NCBI GenBank assembly: GCA_035711845.1
Contig: DASTBU010000136.1
Coordinates: forward strand, 1-43,866
From: Vicinamibacterales bacterium
GTDB lineage: Bacteria; Acidobacteriota; Vicinamibacteria; Vicinamibacterales; 2-12-FULL-66-21
Length of the DNA stretch: 43,866 nucleotides
Direction: 5' to 3'
In this document: positions 1 through 9,073 of the stretch, piece after piece
Layout of the letters: each line of letters starts with the position of its first letter
How positions within the stretch are numbered: position 1 is the first letter of the stretch
Notes under the pieces: generated by a model
Seen by the model: only the letters and a program-made list of their open reading frames with translations
What the model was told of the DNA's origin: nothing
The model's database searches: none
Translations under genes and position numbers: made by a program

Positions 1-42
1 GTCGCCGCTCCCGGTCTTGCACCAAACAAGATCTGACCCCCG

Positions 43-1203
43 TTGCACTATCATTCTGCGGACATGCAGACACGACTGCTCGAGGGCGATGTGAGCTGGC
101 AGCCAGTCCTGCTGGCTGTTCTGGCCACACTGCTGGTGGCCTGGCTGGTCGCGCGAATGACGCGCCGGCTCGTCCAGCGTGTCCTCGTCGCCAGTCTCGG
201 CGACACGCTCGCGCCATCGAGTCCCCTCGTGCGCGGACCGCTCCGCCTGGTCGGACTCGCCGTCTTCCTGCTCGTCACCGCGCTGCTGATGTTCCCCGCC
301 CTCAGACTTGCGGGGATCGACCCCCCGGCCGGGGTGCCCCGGCAGGAGATCATGGCCTGGGCCTTTGGTTCGGGCTTTCGTGTTGCGCTCGTCACGCTCC
401 TGGCGTACGCCTTGATCAGAGCGACGACGCTTCTCGTCAAGCGCTTCGAGTACGAGCTCGCGACGGCGAGTGGGCTGGACGCCGTGGAGCGCGGCAAGCG
501 CGCGCGGACCCTCGGTGGCCTCATTCGAAATGTCGCAACCATCGCCATCGCGTCGATCGCCGTGCTCATGATCCTCCGCGAGTTCAGGATCGATATCGCG
601 CCGGTGCTGGCGGGTGCGGGCATCGCGGGGCTGGCCCTGGGCTTCGGCGCCCAGACGCTCGTACGCGACATCATCAGCGGGTTCTTTCTGATCCTCGAAG
701 ATCAAGTCAGGGTGGGCGACGTCGCGACCATCAACGGCACCGGCGGGCTCGTCGAGGAAATCAACCTTCGGACGGTCGTGCTTCGCGATCAGCATGGAGC
801 CGTGCACGTTTTTCCCAACGGGGCGATTGAACGGCTTGCCAACCACAGCAAGGACTTCTCGTACTACGTGATGGACCTCGGAATAACCTACGGGGAGGAT
901 CCGGATCGGGTGGGTGCCGTGCTGCAAGACGTGGGGGCGGAATTGCAGAGAGATCCGCAGTTCGGCCCGTTCATCCTGGAACCCATCGAGGTCCTTGGCA
1001 TCGAGGGATTCGCGGACTGGTCGGTCCAGTTGAAGCTGCGCATCAAGACCGTCCCGCTCAAGCAGTGGGTGGTCGGCCGGGAGCTCCGCAAACGCATCAG
1101 GAAGGCGTTCGATCGCCAAGGGATCGAGATCCCGTTCCCGGGACGGCTGGCCACGGTGCAGGCGCAGCCCGATGACAGGGGCACCGAAGCTCCCCCTCAA
1201 TAG
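43..1203 (+). CDS. Small-conductance mechanosensitive channel (MscS family)
   Basis: 386-aa ORF with N-terminal TM helices followed by the conserved MscS beta-domain region ([26 protein letters not shown]...[10 protein letters not shown]). Confidence 0.85.
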   Translation: MHYHSADMQTRLLEGDVSWQPVLLAVLATLLVAWLVARMTRRLVQRVLVASLGDTLAPSSPLVRGPLRLVGLAVFLLVTALLMFPALRLAGIDPPAGVPRQEIMAWAFGSGFRVALVTLLAYALIRATTLLVKRFEYELATASGLDAVERGKRARTLGGLIRNVATIAIASIAVLMILREFRIDIAPVLAGAGIAGLALGFGAQTLVRDIISGFFLILEDQVRVGDVATINGTGGLVEEINLRTVVLRDQHGAVHVFPNGAIERLANHSKDFSYYVMDLGITYGEDPDRVGAVLQDVGAELQRDPQFGPFILEPIEVLGIEGFADWSVQLKLRIKTVPLKQWVVGRELRKRIRKAFDRQGIEIPFPGRLATVQAQPDDRGTEAPPQ

Positions 1204-2078
1204 CCGCTCGGGGCCGGTCCAACCTCCTTCTGCCCCTTGGTTTCCTGCACGATCTTCACGCCGGCGCTCGCCCCTACGCGGGTCGCCCCCGCGGCAACCA
1301 TGGCCTTGAGCCCCTCGAGATCCCGGACGCCGCCAGCCGCTTTCACGCCCATGTCGCTGCCAACGGTCCGGCGCATGAGCGCCACGTCGGCTGCCGTCGC
1401 CCCACCGGGTCCAAAACCAGTGGAGGTTTTCACGAAGTCCGCACCGGCGGCCTTGCTGAGCGTGCAGGCGGTGATCTTCTCTTCGTCCGACAACAGCGCC
1501 GCCTCGATGATGACCTTGCTCACGACGCCGCAGTGGTGGCAAGGCTCGACGACACTCTCGATGTCGCGCTCGACCGTCCGCAGGTCCCCGGACTTGAGTG
1601 CGCCCACGTTGATCACCATGTCGATCTCGGTCGCGCCGTCGAAAATGGCGCGGCGGGTTTCGTACTGTTTGACGTCCGATGTCGTGGCGCCCAGCGGAAA
1701 GCCGACGACCGAGCAGACGCCGACACCACTTCCCCGCAAACGAGAGGCGGCGAGCGATACCCATGCCGGGTTCACACAGACCGTCGCAAAGCGGAACTCC
1801 GCAGCCTCGCGGCACAGCTTCTCCACGTCCGCGCGCGTGGCGTCAGGCTTGAGCAGGGTGTGATCGATCATCGCCGCGACGCTGCCGGGCGCCCCACCCG
1901 GCGCGTGCAGGCCGAGCCGCGACGCCCCAGCGTCCAGCACCCCGCGGAGGCGATCCGGACAGCAGTCGATCATCACGGAGTGGCAGGCGCAATGCCCCGG
2001 CTGCGCCGCTCGCTGGGCCGCGATGACTTCTTCAGTGATGATTTCGATCAGTCGCCGCAATTCGCTGGAGGTCAACAT
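1197..2078 (-). CDS. deoC: Deoxyribose-phosphate aldolase (DeoC, class I) with ~70-aa N-terminal extension
   Basis: Core [12 protein letters not shown]...CVNP...VVGFPLG...DMVIN...[10 protein letters not shown] matches DeoC. ATG at 2076-2078 adds an amphipathic helix plus a Gly/Ala/Pro linker. The alternative internal start (MIDHTLL) would be at 1865. Confidence 0.85.
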   Translation of the reverse strand: MLTSSELRRLIEIITEEVIAAQRAAQPGHCACHSVMIDCCPDRLRGVLDAGASRLGLHAPGGAPGSVAAMIDHTLLKPDATRADVEKLCREAAEFRFATVCVNPAWVSLAASRLRGSGVGVCSVVGFPLGATTSDVKQYETRRAIFDGATEIDMVINVGALKSGDLRTVERDIESVVEPCHHCGVVSKVIIEAALLSDEEKITACTLSKAAGADFVKTSTGFGPGGATAADVALMRRTVGSDMGVKAAGGVRDLEGLKAMVAAGATRVGASAGVKIVQETKGQKEVGPAPSGY

Positions 2079-2096
2079 ACGACTCCGAAGAGGACC

Positions 2097-2738
2097 CTAC
2101 GCGCGGCCCGCGCGTTCCTCGAGCCGGCGGATCTTGGCGAGCCGGCGGATATAGCGGGCTTCGCGCATCGGGGTGGACAGCCAGACGTCCAGGATTCGCA
2201 TGGCGGTTTCAGGCGTCAGCAGCGTGGCGCCCAGTGCGATGACGTTCGCCCCGTTGTGCTCCCGGGAATACCGGGCGATGGTTTCGTCCTGGCACATGGC
2301 GGCCCTGATCCCCGGGACCTTGTTCGCCGCAATCGCCGACCCGATGCCCGCGCCGTCGATGACGATGCCGGCATCCGCTTCGCCGCGGGCGACCACCTCG
2401 GCCACCTCGCCGGCGATGTCGGGGTAGTCGACAGGATCCTGCGTGTGCGAGCCGAGATCGTTGACAGCCAACCCGCGCCCCCGGAGCTGCTGAACGACCT
2501 GCTTCCTGAGGGCTATTCCGGTGTGATCGCTGCCGATGACGACCCGCCTGATGTCGGCCACGGGCGCCAGGTCCGAAACCGCGCGTCCAGCCAGACCGGG
2601 CGACACGACAGTCACTCGCCGGGCGGCGAGCGTATCCTGCGCCAGCGGCGTCACGACGCCTCCTTCCGCCAGCTCGACGGTCGAGCCGACATCCAGCAGC
2701 CGCGCGTCGGCCTCCGTGATGATCTCGAAGCGCCTCAT
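2097..2738 (-). CDS. rpiB: Ribose-5-phosphate isomerase B (RpiB/LacAB family) with ~60-aa N-terminal extension
   Basis: RRVVIGSDHTGIALRKQ...DAGIVIDGAGIGSAIAANKVPGIRAA...ANVIALGATLL is the RpiB fold. The ATG at 2736-2738 overlaps the hpt stop codon (ATGA). Confidence 0.8.
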   Translation of the reverse strand: MRRFEIITEADARLLDVGSTVELAEGGVVTPLAQDTLAARRVTVVSPGLAGRAVSDLAPVADIRRVVIGSDHTGIALRKQVVQQLRGRGLAVNDLGSHTQDPVDYPDIAGEVAEVVARGEADAGIVIDGAGIGSAIAANKVPGIRAAMCQDETIARYSREHNGANVIALGATLLTPETAMRILDVWLSTPMREARYIRRLAKIRRLEERAGRA

Positions 2739-3253
2739 GGCTCGCCGTCCACCACAGCGATGTAATCCAGGTTGCGGTATTTCTCGGCGAAGTCGAGTCC
2801 GTATCCGACCACGAAGCGATCCTCGATCGTGAAGCCAACGTAATCGACCGAAACATCGACCATGCGGCGCGACGGCTTGCTGAGAAGGCACGCGGTCCGC
2901 AGCGTGCGAGGCGCCCGCGCCCGGAGAATGTCCTGGAGGTAGGTGAGCGTCAGACCCGTATCGACGATGTCCTCCACGATGATCACGTGGCGGCCCTCGA
3001 GGCGGCTGTCGAGGTCCTTCAGCAGCCGCACCTCGCCAGACGACGTCCTGCTCTGCGCATAGCTCGAGACGGCGATGAAATCGAGCGTCACCCGCGCACT
3101 CATGGCACGAATGAGATCCGCCATGAACACGAACCCACCCTTCAGCACGCCAACGAGGTGGATTTCGTCCTCCGGCGGATAGTCGCGCTCGATCTCCGTC
3201 GCCAGCTCCCGCACCCGCGCCTGAATCCGGTCCGACGTTATCAGGGGTTCCAT
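2735..3253 (-). CDS. hpt: Hypoxanthine-guanine phosphoribosyltransferase
   Basis: 172 aa with VLKGGFVFMADLIRAM and the PRPP-binding IVEDIVDTGLTLTYL motif. Confidence 0.9.
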   Translation of the reverse strand: MEPLITSDRIQARVRELATEIERDYPPEDEIHLVGVLKGGFVFMADLIRAMSARVTLDFIAVSSYAQSRTSSGEVRLLKDLDSRLEGRHVIIVEDIVDTGLTLTYLQDILRARAPRTLRTACLLSKPSRRMVDVSVDYVGFTIEDRFVVGYGLDFAEKYRNLDYIAVVDGEP

Positions 3254-3261
3254 ATCAAGTG

Positions 3262-3294
3262 TGAAGGCTGAAGTAGGGAGCCTTCAGCCTTTCA
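3262..3294. terminator. Stem-loop TGAAGGCTGAAG-tagggag-CTTCAGCCTTT at the amidohydrolase-stop/hpt-start junction
   Basis: ~10-bp stem seen directly. It overlaps the stop codon of the upstream gene and lacks a U-tract. It has the same GAAGGCTGAAG unit as the array at 26853. Confidence 0.5.
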
Positions 3295-4680
3295 TCTGAC
3301 TGCCTCGCGTACCTTCGCTGCCCAGGCGCGCGCGTCGTCGAGCACCGCGCGCTCGTTCAACGTCTGCACGCGCCGATCGCGCATCACGAGCTGCCCATTC
3401 ACGACCATGCTCTGCACGTCGTCGCCACGCGTCACGTAGACGAGGTGCGACACCGGATCGTAGAGAGGGGTCTGGCGCGCGCCCGACATCGAGACCACGA
3501 TCAGATCCGCGCGCTTGCCCGCCTCGAGGGAGCCGATCTCCCTGTCGAGCCCAAGCGCGCGCGCGCCGTCGATCGTGGCCATTCGGAGGGCGGTGGACGC
3601 CGGCAGCGCACGCGGATCACCGCTCGTCAGCTTGTGCAGCAGCGCAGCCTGACGCATCGCCTCGAACATGTCCAGGTCGTTGTTGCTGGCGGCCCCGTCC
3701 GTGCCCAGGCCGACCGGTACCGATGCTTTTCGCAGATCCAGAACGGGTGCAGTCCCGCTCGCGAGCTTCATGTTGCTTTCGGGGTTGTGCGCAAGCCCCA
3801 CATGCCGTCGGGCAAGGATCCGGATATCGGCCGGGGTCAGCCAGACCCCGTGCGCGGCAATGGTGCGTGGGCCCCAGAAGCCAATCCGCTCGAGATACTG
3901 CACCGGCGTCGCCTTGTACCGCTCGCGGGCGATCTTCACCTCCTCGCGTGTTTCGGCCAGGTGGATGATGACGGGCGCGCGCTCCCGATCCGCAACCGCG
4001 CGAATGGCCTTCAGCGTCGCCGTGTCCAGCGTGTACATGGCGTGTGGGGCGATGGCCGGAACGATCAACTCGTCGTTCGCCCACGCGCGAAGGAACACGG
4101 ACGCACGCGCGATGCCCTCGCTCGGCGTCTTCGCGTCGGGGGACGGGAACTCGATGATGGTCTGGCCGAGCACGCCGCGGATGCCGGCGTCCTTCGTAAC
4201 CCTGGCGATCTCCTCCTCGAAGTAGTACATGTCCGCGTAAGTGGTCGTTCCGGACTGGATCATCTCCAGGACGGCCAGCCGCGTGCCCGCGCGGACGAAC
4301 TCGGGGCTGACGGTCCTGGCCTCGGCTGGAAAGATGTACTTCTGCAGCCAGTCCATCAGGGCCAGGTCGTCCGCCAGGCCACGGTAGAGCACCATCGGCG
4401 CATGTGTATGTGTGTTGATGAGGCCGGGAAGGACAACGGCGCCGGAGGCGTCGAGGGTATCGCGCCCGGTGAACTGCGACGCGATGGCGTCGGGGCTGCC
4501 GACGGCGACGATATCTCGGCCATCGACGGCAAGCGCCCCCGGGGAAAGGACCCGATTCGAGGGGTCGGCTGTGACGATCGACCCGCCAGTGACGACCAGC
4601 GACACCTCGCGAGGCGCTGACTGCCAGGCCGGCAGGACGAGTCCTGCGGCCGCGAGGGCCGCGCAGAGCCACCACAGCAT
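3292..4680 (-). CDS. Amidohydrolase-superfamily deaminase/chlorohydrolase (MTA/SAH-deaminase or guanine-deaminase-like), secreted
   Basis: Metal-binding LPGLINTHTHAPM motif and TRZ/ATZ-like core. Probable start is MLWWLCAALAAAGLVLPA (signal peptide) at 4680. A longer ORF reaches 4719. Confidence 0.75.
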   Translation of the reverse strand: MLWWLCAALAAAGLVLPAWQSAPREVSLVVTGGSIVTADPSNRVLSPGALAVDGRDIVAVGSPDAIASQFTGRDTLDASGAVVLPGLINTHTHAPMVLYRGLADDLALMDWLQKYIFPAEARTVSPEFVRAGTRLAVLEMIQSGTTTYADMYYFEEEIARVTKDAGIRGVLGQTIIEFPSPDAKTPSEGIARASVFLRAWANDELIVPAIAPHAMYTLDTATLKAIRAVADRERAPVIIHLAETREEVKIARERYKATPVQYLERIGFWGPRTIAAHGVWLTPADIRILARRHVGLAHNPESNMKLASGTAPVLDLRKASVPVGLGTDGAASNNDLDMFEAMRQAALLHKLTSGDPRALPASTALRMATIDGARALGLDREIGSLEAGKRADLIVVSMSGARQTPLYDPVSHLVYVTRGDDVQSMVVNGQLVMRDRRVQTLNERAVLDDARAWAAKVREAVR

Positions 4681-4741
4681 TTGAGGGGAAAATTCTATCA
4701 GCCTTCTCCCTTTTCCCATTTCCGTTTTGTATAGTGAAGCC

Positions 4742-5362
4742 GTGCCGCTGCACCTCGTCCAGCATCCGCTCGTTCACGACGCCCTCGTGGCCTTGCGGGA
4801 CGCCGCCACCCCGCCCGAGCTGTTCCGGCGGATGGCCGTCCGCATCAGCCTGCTGCTCGCCTCGGAGGCGACCAGGGAGATTCCCGTCGAGGACGTGAGC
4901 GTCCTCACCCCCCTTGGACCGGCCGACGGGAGAAAAGTGCGTGATGGCGTGGTGGTCGTCCCGGTCCTGCGGGCTGGGCTGGGAATGTTGGATGCCGTGC
5001 TCGAGCTGATTCCGACGGCGCGCGTGGGCCACATCGGATTGCAGCGGGACGAGATCACCGCCGTGGCGTCACAGTACTACTCGAAGCTCCCGGGCAACCT
5101 CACCGGCGCGTTCGTCCTGATGATCGACCCCATGCTGGCCACGGGCGGAAGCGCCGTCGCCGCGCTCGATCTGCTGAGCCGGGCCGGGGCGCGCCACGTG
5201 CGCATGATTTGTATCGTTGCCGCCCCCGAGGGGATCGCCCTCGTGGAGCGCCACCACCCCGACGTCCACATCTACACGCCGGTGGTCGATCAGAAGCTGA
5301 ACGAGCACAAGTTCATCGTCCCGGGACTCGGAGACTTTGGCGACAGGCTGTACGGGACCTGA
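4742..5362 (+). CDS. upp: Uracil phosphoribosyltransferase
   Basis: VQHPLVHDALVALRD...VPVLRAGLGM...MIDPMLATGGSA is the Upp signature. A GTG start at 4742 is assumed (ORF opens at 4727). Confidence 0.85.
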   Translation: MPLHLVQHPLVHDALVALRDAATPPELFRRMAVRISLLLASEATREIPVEDVSVLTPLGPADGRKVRDGVVVVPVLRAGLGMLDAVLELIPTARVGHIGLQRDEITAVASQYYSKLPGNLTGAFVLMIDPMLATGGSAVAALDLLSRAGARHVRMICIVAAPEGIALVERHHPDVHIYTPVVDQKLNEHKFIVPGLGDFGDRLYGT

Positions 5363-5368
5363 CGCTGA

Positions 5369-5536
5369 CGTAATTCGTAGTTCGTGCTCCGTGGTTCGTA
5401 GTCCGTGGTCCGTAGTCTGTGAGACGTCGCTGGCACGTCGCACGAGCACACGTCGCACGTCGCACGTGACAAGCAGCACATCGCACATCACACGTAGCAC
5501 GTCGCACGTGACAAGTGGCAAGTGGCATGTGGCACC
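5369..5536. repeat. 24 consecutive phase-locked heptads (CGTNGTN x7, then TCGCACG/TGACAAG-like x~16)
   Basis: Hand-phased from 5369. Every 7-mer boundary is preserved across 168 bp. Lies between the upp stop and the citryl-CoA-lyase-like start. Confidence 0.9.
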
Positions 5537-5553
5537 CGCAAACCGAGGCCCCC

Positions 5554-6414
5554 ATGAAAGACCAAATGGTCAGAGACAGGCTCACACCGCGCGAGGAACG
5601 ACGCAGCCAGAAGCGCCTGGCCGAAGACGGGTGGCGGACCGCCTTGACCTGTATCGAGCCCAACAAAATCCTCGTCCGCGGGTTTCCGCTCGACGAGATG
5701 ATGGGCCGCCTGACATTCGGCGAGGCGATTTACCTGCTGCTGGTCGGAGAGGTCCCCTCACCGGCGATTGGCAGCCTCATGGAGGCGATGCTGGTCTCGT
5801 TCATCGATCACGGCGCGACGCCGCCATCGACGATGGCGGCGAGGAATACGGCAACGACGGGCGCGCCGCTGCGGGCGTGCGTGGCCGCAGGCGTGCTCGG
5901 GTTCGGCCGCTATCACGGCGGCGACATCCAAACCTGCATGACCTTTCTGGACGCCGGGCTCGACCTGGTGCGCGGCGAGGCGAGCTACCACGACGCGGCA
6001 ACAGAGATAGTGAGGCGATGCGAGGAAGCCGACGAGATACCGCCCGGCTTCGGGCACCGCTTCCATACACGCGATCCGCGGGCGGCGCGACTCTTCCAGA
6101 TGGCGCTCGAGCTGGAAGTCGAAGGGCAGCACATCCAGATGATCCGCGCCGTGGAGGTCGTCCTGAGCGAACGGCCGGACAGCCAGGGCCGGGTGCTGCC
6201 GGTGAACATCGACGGGGCCATCGCCGCAGTCTGCGGGGATCTGGGGCTGGCGCCGTCGATCGCGGAGGCGCTCTTCATCATCTCGCGCGTCCCCGGGATC
6301 ACTGCCCATGCCGACGAGGAGCGGGCGCGCCATGGACCGATGCGCCAGATCGATCCCAAGGAGCATCGCTACGACGGACCGTCCCAACGCCGGCTGCCGG
6401 AACGGCGCAAGTGA
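5554..6414 (+). CDS. Citrate synthase-family small protein (citryl-CoA lyase-like)
   Basis: 286 aa matching the C-terminal catalytic half of citrate synthase (GFGHRFHTRDPRA, VLPVNIDGAIAAV). Confidence 0.65.
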   Translation: MKDQMVRDRLTPREERRSQKRLAEDGWRTALTCIEPNKILVRGFPLDEMMGRLTFGEAIYLLLVGEVPSPAIGSLMEAMLVSFIDHGATPPSTMAARNTATTGAPLRACVAAGVLGFGRYHGGDIQTCMTFLDAGLDLVRGEASYHDAATEIVRRCEEADEIPPGFGHRFHTRDPRAARLFQMALELEVEGQHIQMIRAVEVVLSERPDSQGRVLPVNIDGAIAAVCGDLGLAPSIAEALFIISRVPGITAHADEERARHGPMRQIDPKEHRYDGPSQRRLPERRK

Positions 6415-6475
6415 CCGCCTCGCTGCGTTGCGGTGGTTGGAGGGCTGAGATAAACTGAGGTTCCGCACACGAGGT

Positions 6476-6550
6476 TGGGCGCTTGGCTCAGCGGTAGAGC
6501 ATCGCCTTCACACGGCGGGGGTCAGTGGTTCGAATCCACTAGCGCCCACC
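6476..6550 (+). tRNA. tRNA-Val (anticodon CAC)
   Basis: Cloverleaf folded by hand: acceptor GGGCGCT/AGCGCCC, D-arm GCTC-AGCGGTA-GAGC, anticodon stem TCGCC/GGCGG with loop TTCACAC, T-arm AGTGG-TTCGAATC-CCACT, encoded CCA. Confidence 0.85.
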
Positions 6551-6717
6551 AACCACAAACCCTAGTTCACCAGGGGCTTACCAGCAGCAGGCGCGTCGCC
6601 GTTGCACGCAGGGGGATGCTGAGTCGCCGGCTCGGTTGCAACGGGTTTGCAACGGCGGGCGGGGTTCGTCCCGAACCGACGCATGCTCTCCTCCAAGCCG
6701 ACCAGCGTGGCGTTGAG

Positions 6718-6900
6718 GCTATGTCGAAATCTGCTTCAGGTCGGCGCGACCGAGCGTCGCTTGCACGTGGTGCACCGGCCAACCCGGCCTCGATCAGGCG
6801 CGAGCCGGCCTCCGTGCCGCAGGTCGTGGAAGTGCAGGTCGATCGCGCGCAGCGCACGGCCAAGCGCCGAAGTGGGAGCCGGGCGGCAAAGCTGTCGGCC
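6718..6900 (-). pseudogene. Tyrosine-recombinase (phage integrase) C-terminal remnant, frameshifted
   Basis: The minus strand reads RAIDLHFHDLRH, then EAGSRLIEAG, then PVHHVQATLGRADLKQIST in three different frames, resembling the integrase HxLRH / VQ..LGH boxes. The remnant ends 168 bp from the tRNA-Val 3' end. Confidence 0.4.
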
Positions 6901-7215
6901 GCGATCAGCGTGCCGTCCGGATGTCCCGGCGCGGCCGTCCCGTCAGCGAGCGCCCGTTGCGGCTGGCGCTGGTTGTCGAGGAACGAAGTCTTGCCGCCAA
7001 GCTGCCGTGGTCACGGCTTCGGCGCGAATGGAACGAGAGCCACAGACATGGACGTACGCCAGCGATCGGGCCTTCGCGAGCGATGCGCGGGCGGCTGTGA
7101 GCCGCGTGCCTCGCTACCGCTGAAGGGTTGTTCGTCGGGGCAATACGATCACGGAGGCTCTCTCGTCGGACATATCCTGAACAAGCCGGCGCGCGACTCT
7201 CAAGCGCGCAGGCGC

Positions 7216-7680
7216 TTACTGCTTCTCGTAAAACGACACCGCGTCGGCCGGCTTCCCTGTCTTGTCAGGCCCCTTGGCAGTCGTCGTCCGCGTCTTGCCA
7301 TCCGCCGAAACGACGATCGTATGAGTCGTCGTCGGTTTTCCCTGGTACTTGTTCACGATCCTTATTGTGCGTGCGTCGACGCGCGTCAGCGCCACGGTGT
7401 CGCCGTACGGATTCTCCCCTTTCACGGGAGCGTCCTTGCCGTCGAAGTTCGCTGTGAATTCCCAGTGATTCTTCGTGCCGTCTGCGCCCACGAGGTCCAC
7501 CATGAACTTGATCCCCTCACCGACCGCCTCGATTGTGGTTGCTCCGCTCTTGAACGGCGCTTTGGATTTGTCGACGTTCAGTTTCCAGGTGCCGACCAGT
7601 GGATCGGTGGACTGAGCGAGAACGATCCCGGTGGATACCCCGATGAGGATGACCGCCGCAAGGAAGCGTTTCGTGGTCAT
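7216..7680 (-). CDS. Secreted lipocalin-like domain protein (unknown function)
   Basis: Signal peptide MTTKRFLAAVILIGVSTGIVLAQS, then a GTWKL... beta-rich domain. GC content is visibly lower than the surrounding DNA. Confidence 0.65.
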   Translation of the reverse strand: MTTKRFLAAVILIGVSTGIVLAQSTDPLVGTWKLNVDKSKAPFKSGATTIEAVGEGIKFMVDLVGADGTKNHWEFTANFDGKDAPVKGENPYGDTVALTRVDARTIRIVNKYQGKPTTTHTIVVSADGKTRTTTAKGPDKTGKPADAVSFYEKQ

Positions 7681-8491
7681 GATCTGGACCCTCTCTGTTG
7701 ACGGTTGGCGCGCTGAGAAAAACGATGCAGTCTGGCTCAGCCGCCGCGCGAACGCAACTGCTTTCTGGAATCTCCGGCTTCACAGAGGGGCGGCAAGGTG
7801 CTGGTCCCGAGCGCACGGAGCGTCCACCGCTTCGCGAAGCCGACGGATTATCGGAACGCGTTGCAAGCCATTGCAAACCGGCGGACGAAAACCCGAATAA
7901 AATCCGACGACGCATCGCCTGAATCCGACGATTGCGCAGCACGCGAACTGTTTTCTGCCCAGAAGTGGCCGCGGCGCATCGCCTACGTCCGCTGATCCCA
8001 TTCGACGCTTGAGTTGTTTTGCAACGGCTTGCGAGGTCCCGACAGGCAGCCGGAGCTATAAGAGTTGGTCTCAAAATGAAGGATCGGGGGGAACTTGTGG
8101 GCTGACACCGTGAGCAGATCAGCGTCGATATCCCGCACAGGTCTCGGTCCATGCCCTGAACTGCGTCCACGTGCAGATAGACGTGATCACGAGCAGGATG
8201 GCGCCGGCGGGACGTCTCCGATACTGTGCGCATGGAGTACGTGTCCAGAGTGCCGCGAGCGCCGCTGGAAGGGGCTGATCGACGACCTCTACTTTCGACC
8301 AGGCCCACTTCGGTCACGAGTTCCGGGCGTTCCCGGGCTCACGCCGACCCGGTACGTCGAAGTCCGGCGGCGGTTCCTGCACGAACATTCCGGCCACGTG
8401 CTGCACAGCTCGCCGCTGCCGGCCGATTGATTTCCTACAAGAGCGATAGCTCACAAAACGCTAATCTGACCCTAAAGCAGAGGAGAGCCCC

Positions 8492-9073
8492 ATGGGCAAA
8501 GTCGTCATGTACAGCTCGGTGTCGGTAGACGGCTTCATCGCGGACGAGAACGACCAGCCGGGACCACTGTTCGACTGGTTGCTCAGCGGTGACGTCCCGT
8601 TGGACGAGAGCGGCGAGTTGAAGGTGTCGCAGACGTCCTACGAGTACACCCGGCCGTACTGGGACCAGATCGGGGCGACAATCGTCGGGCGCCACGTCTT
8701 CGACATGACGAACGGCTGGGATGGGAAGCCTCCGGGCGGGGTCGGCCACGTCGTCGTCGTGACTCACCGGGGCAGGCCCGAAGGCTGGCATCCCGAGGCA
8801 CCGTTCTATTTCGTCGACGGCGTCGAGGCAGCCATGGCCAATGCGCAGGAGCTCGCGGGTGACCGCATAGTCGAGGTCGCCGCTGGCGACGTCGGTGGCC
8901 AGGTGCTAGCCGCGGGCCTGATTGACGAGGTGCGCATGGACGTCGTACCCGTCGTGTTCGGGTCCGGCAAGCGCTACTTCGGGTCGGTCCATGCGCAGCA
9001 CCTGTTGGAGGATCCTGACGTGGCGATTCAGGGCAACCGGGTGCTTCACCTGCGCTATCGGGTGCGCCGTTGA
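8492..9073 (+). CDS. Dihydrofolate reductase-family protein (RibD C-terminal domain)
   Basis: MGKVVMYSSVSVDGFIADENDQPGPLFDWLL...VVVVTHRG... with an AGGAGA RBS 6 nt upstream. Confidence 0.8.
   Translation: MGKVVMYSSVSVDGFIADENDQPGPLFDWLLSGDVPLDESGELKVSQTSYEYTRPYWDQIGATIVGRHVFDMTNGWDGKPPGGVGHVVVVTHRGRPEGWHPEAPFYFVDGVEAAMANAQELAGDRIVEVAAGDVGGQVLAAGLIDEVRMDVVPVVFGSGKRYFGSVHAQHLLEDPDVAIQGNRVLHLRYRVRR

Noticed and set aside
1197-2891. Calling a bacterial microcompartment locus
   Set aside because: Signature enzymes (DeoC, RpiB) and an encapsulation-peptide-like helix are present. There are no shell, aldehyde dehydrogenase (AldDH) or phosphotransacylase (PduL) genes in the window, so only the extension is reported.
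3617-5032. 471-aa minus-strand ORF and other long antisense ORFs (1533-2765, 5758-6468, 10171-10872, 13834-15807)
   Set aside because: All lie opposite well-supported genes and translate to low-complexity Arg/Gly/Pro-rich sequence.
6475-7701. 408-aa plus-strand ORF beginning inside tRNA-Val
   Set aside because: It overlaps a tRNA, has Arg/Ala/Ser-rich composition typical of spurious open frames in high-GC DNA, and has no domain. The region is better explained by the integrase remnant on the opposite strand.
7517-8317. 266-aa minus-strand ORF in the eroded region
   Set aside because: No motif, biased composition, overlaps lower-GC non-coding-looking DNA, and no RBS. It is kept only as a possibility under the corresponding finding.
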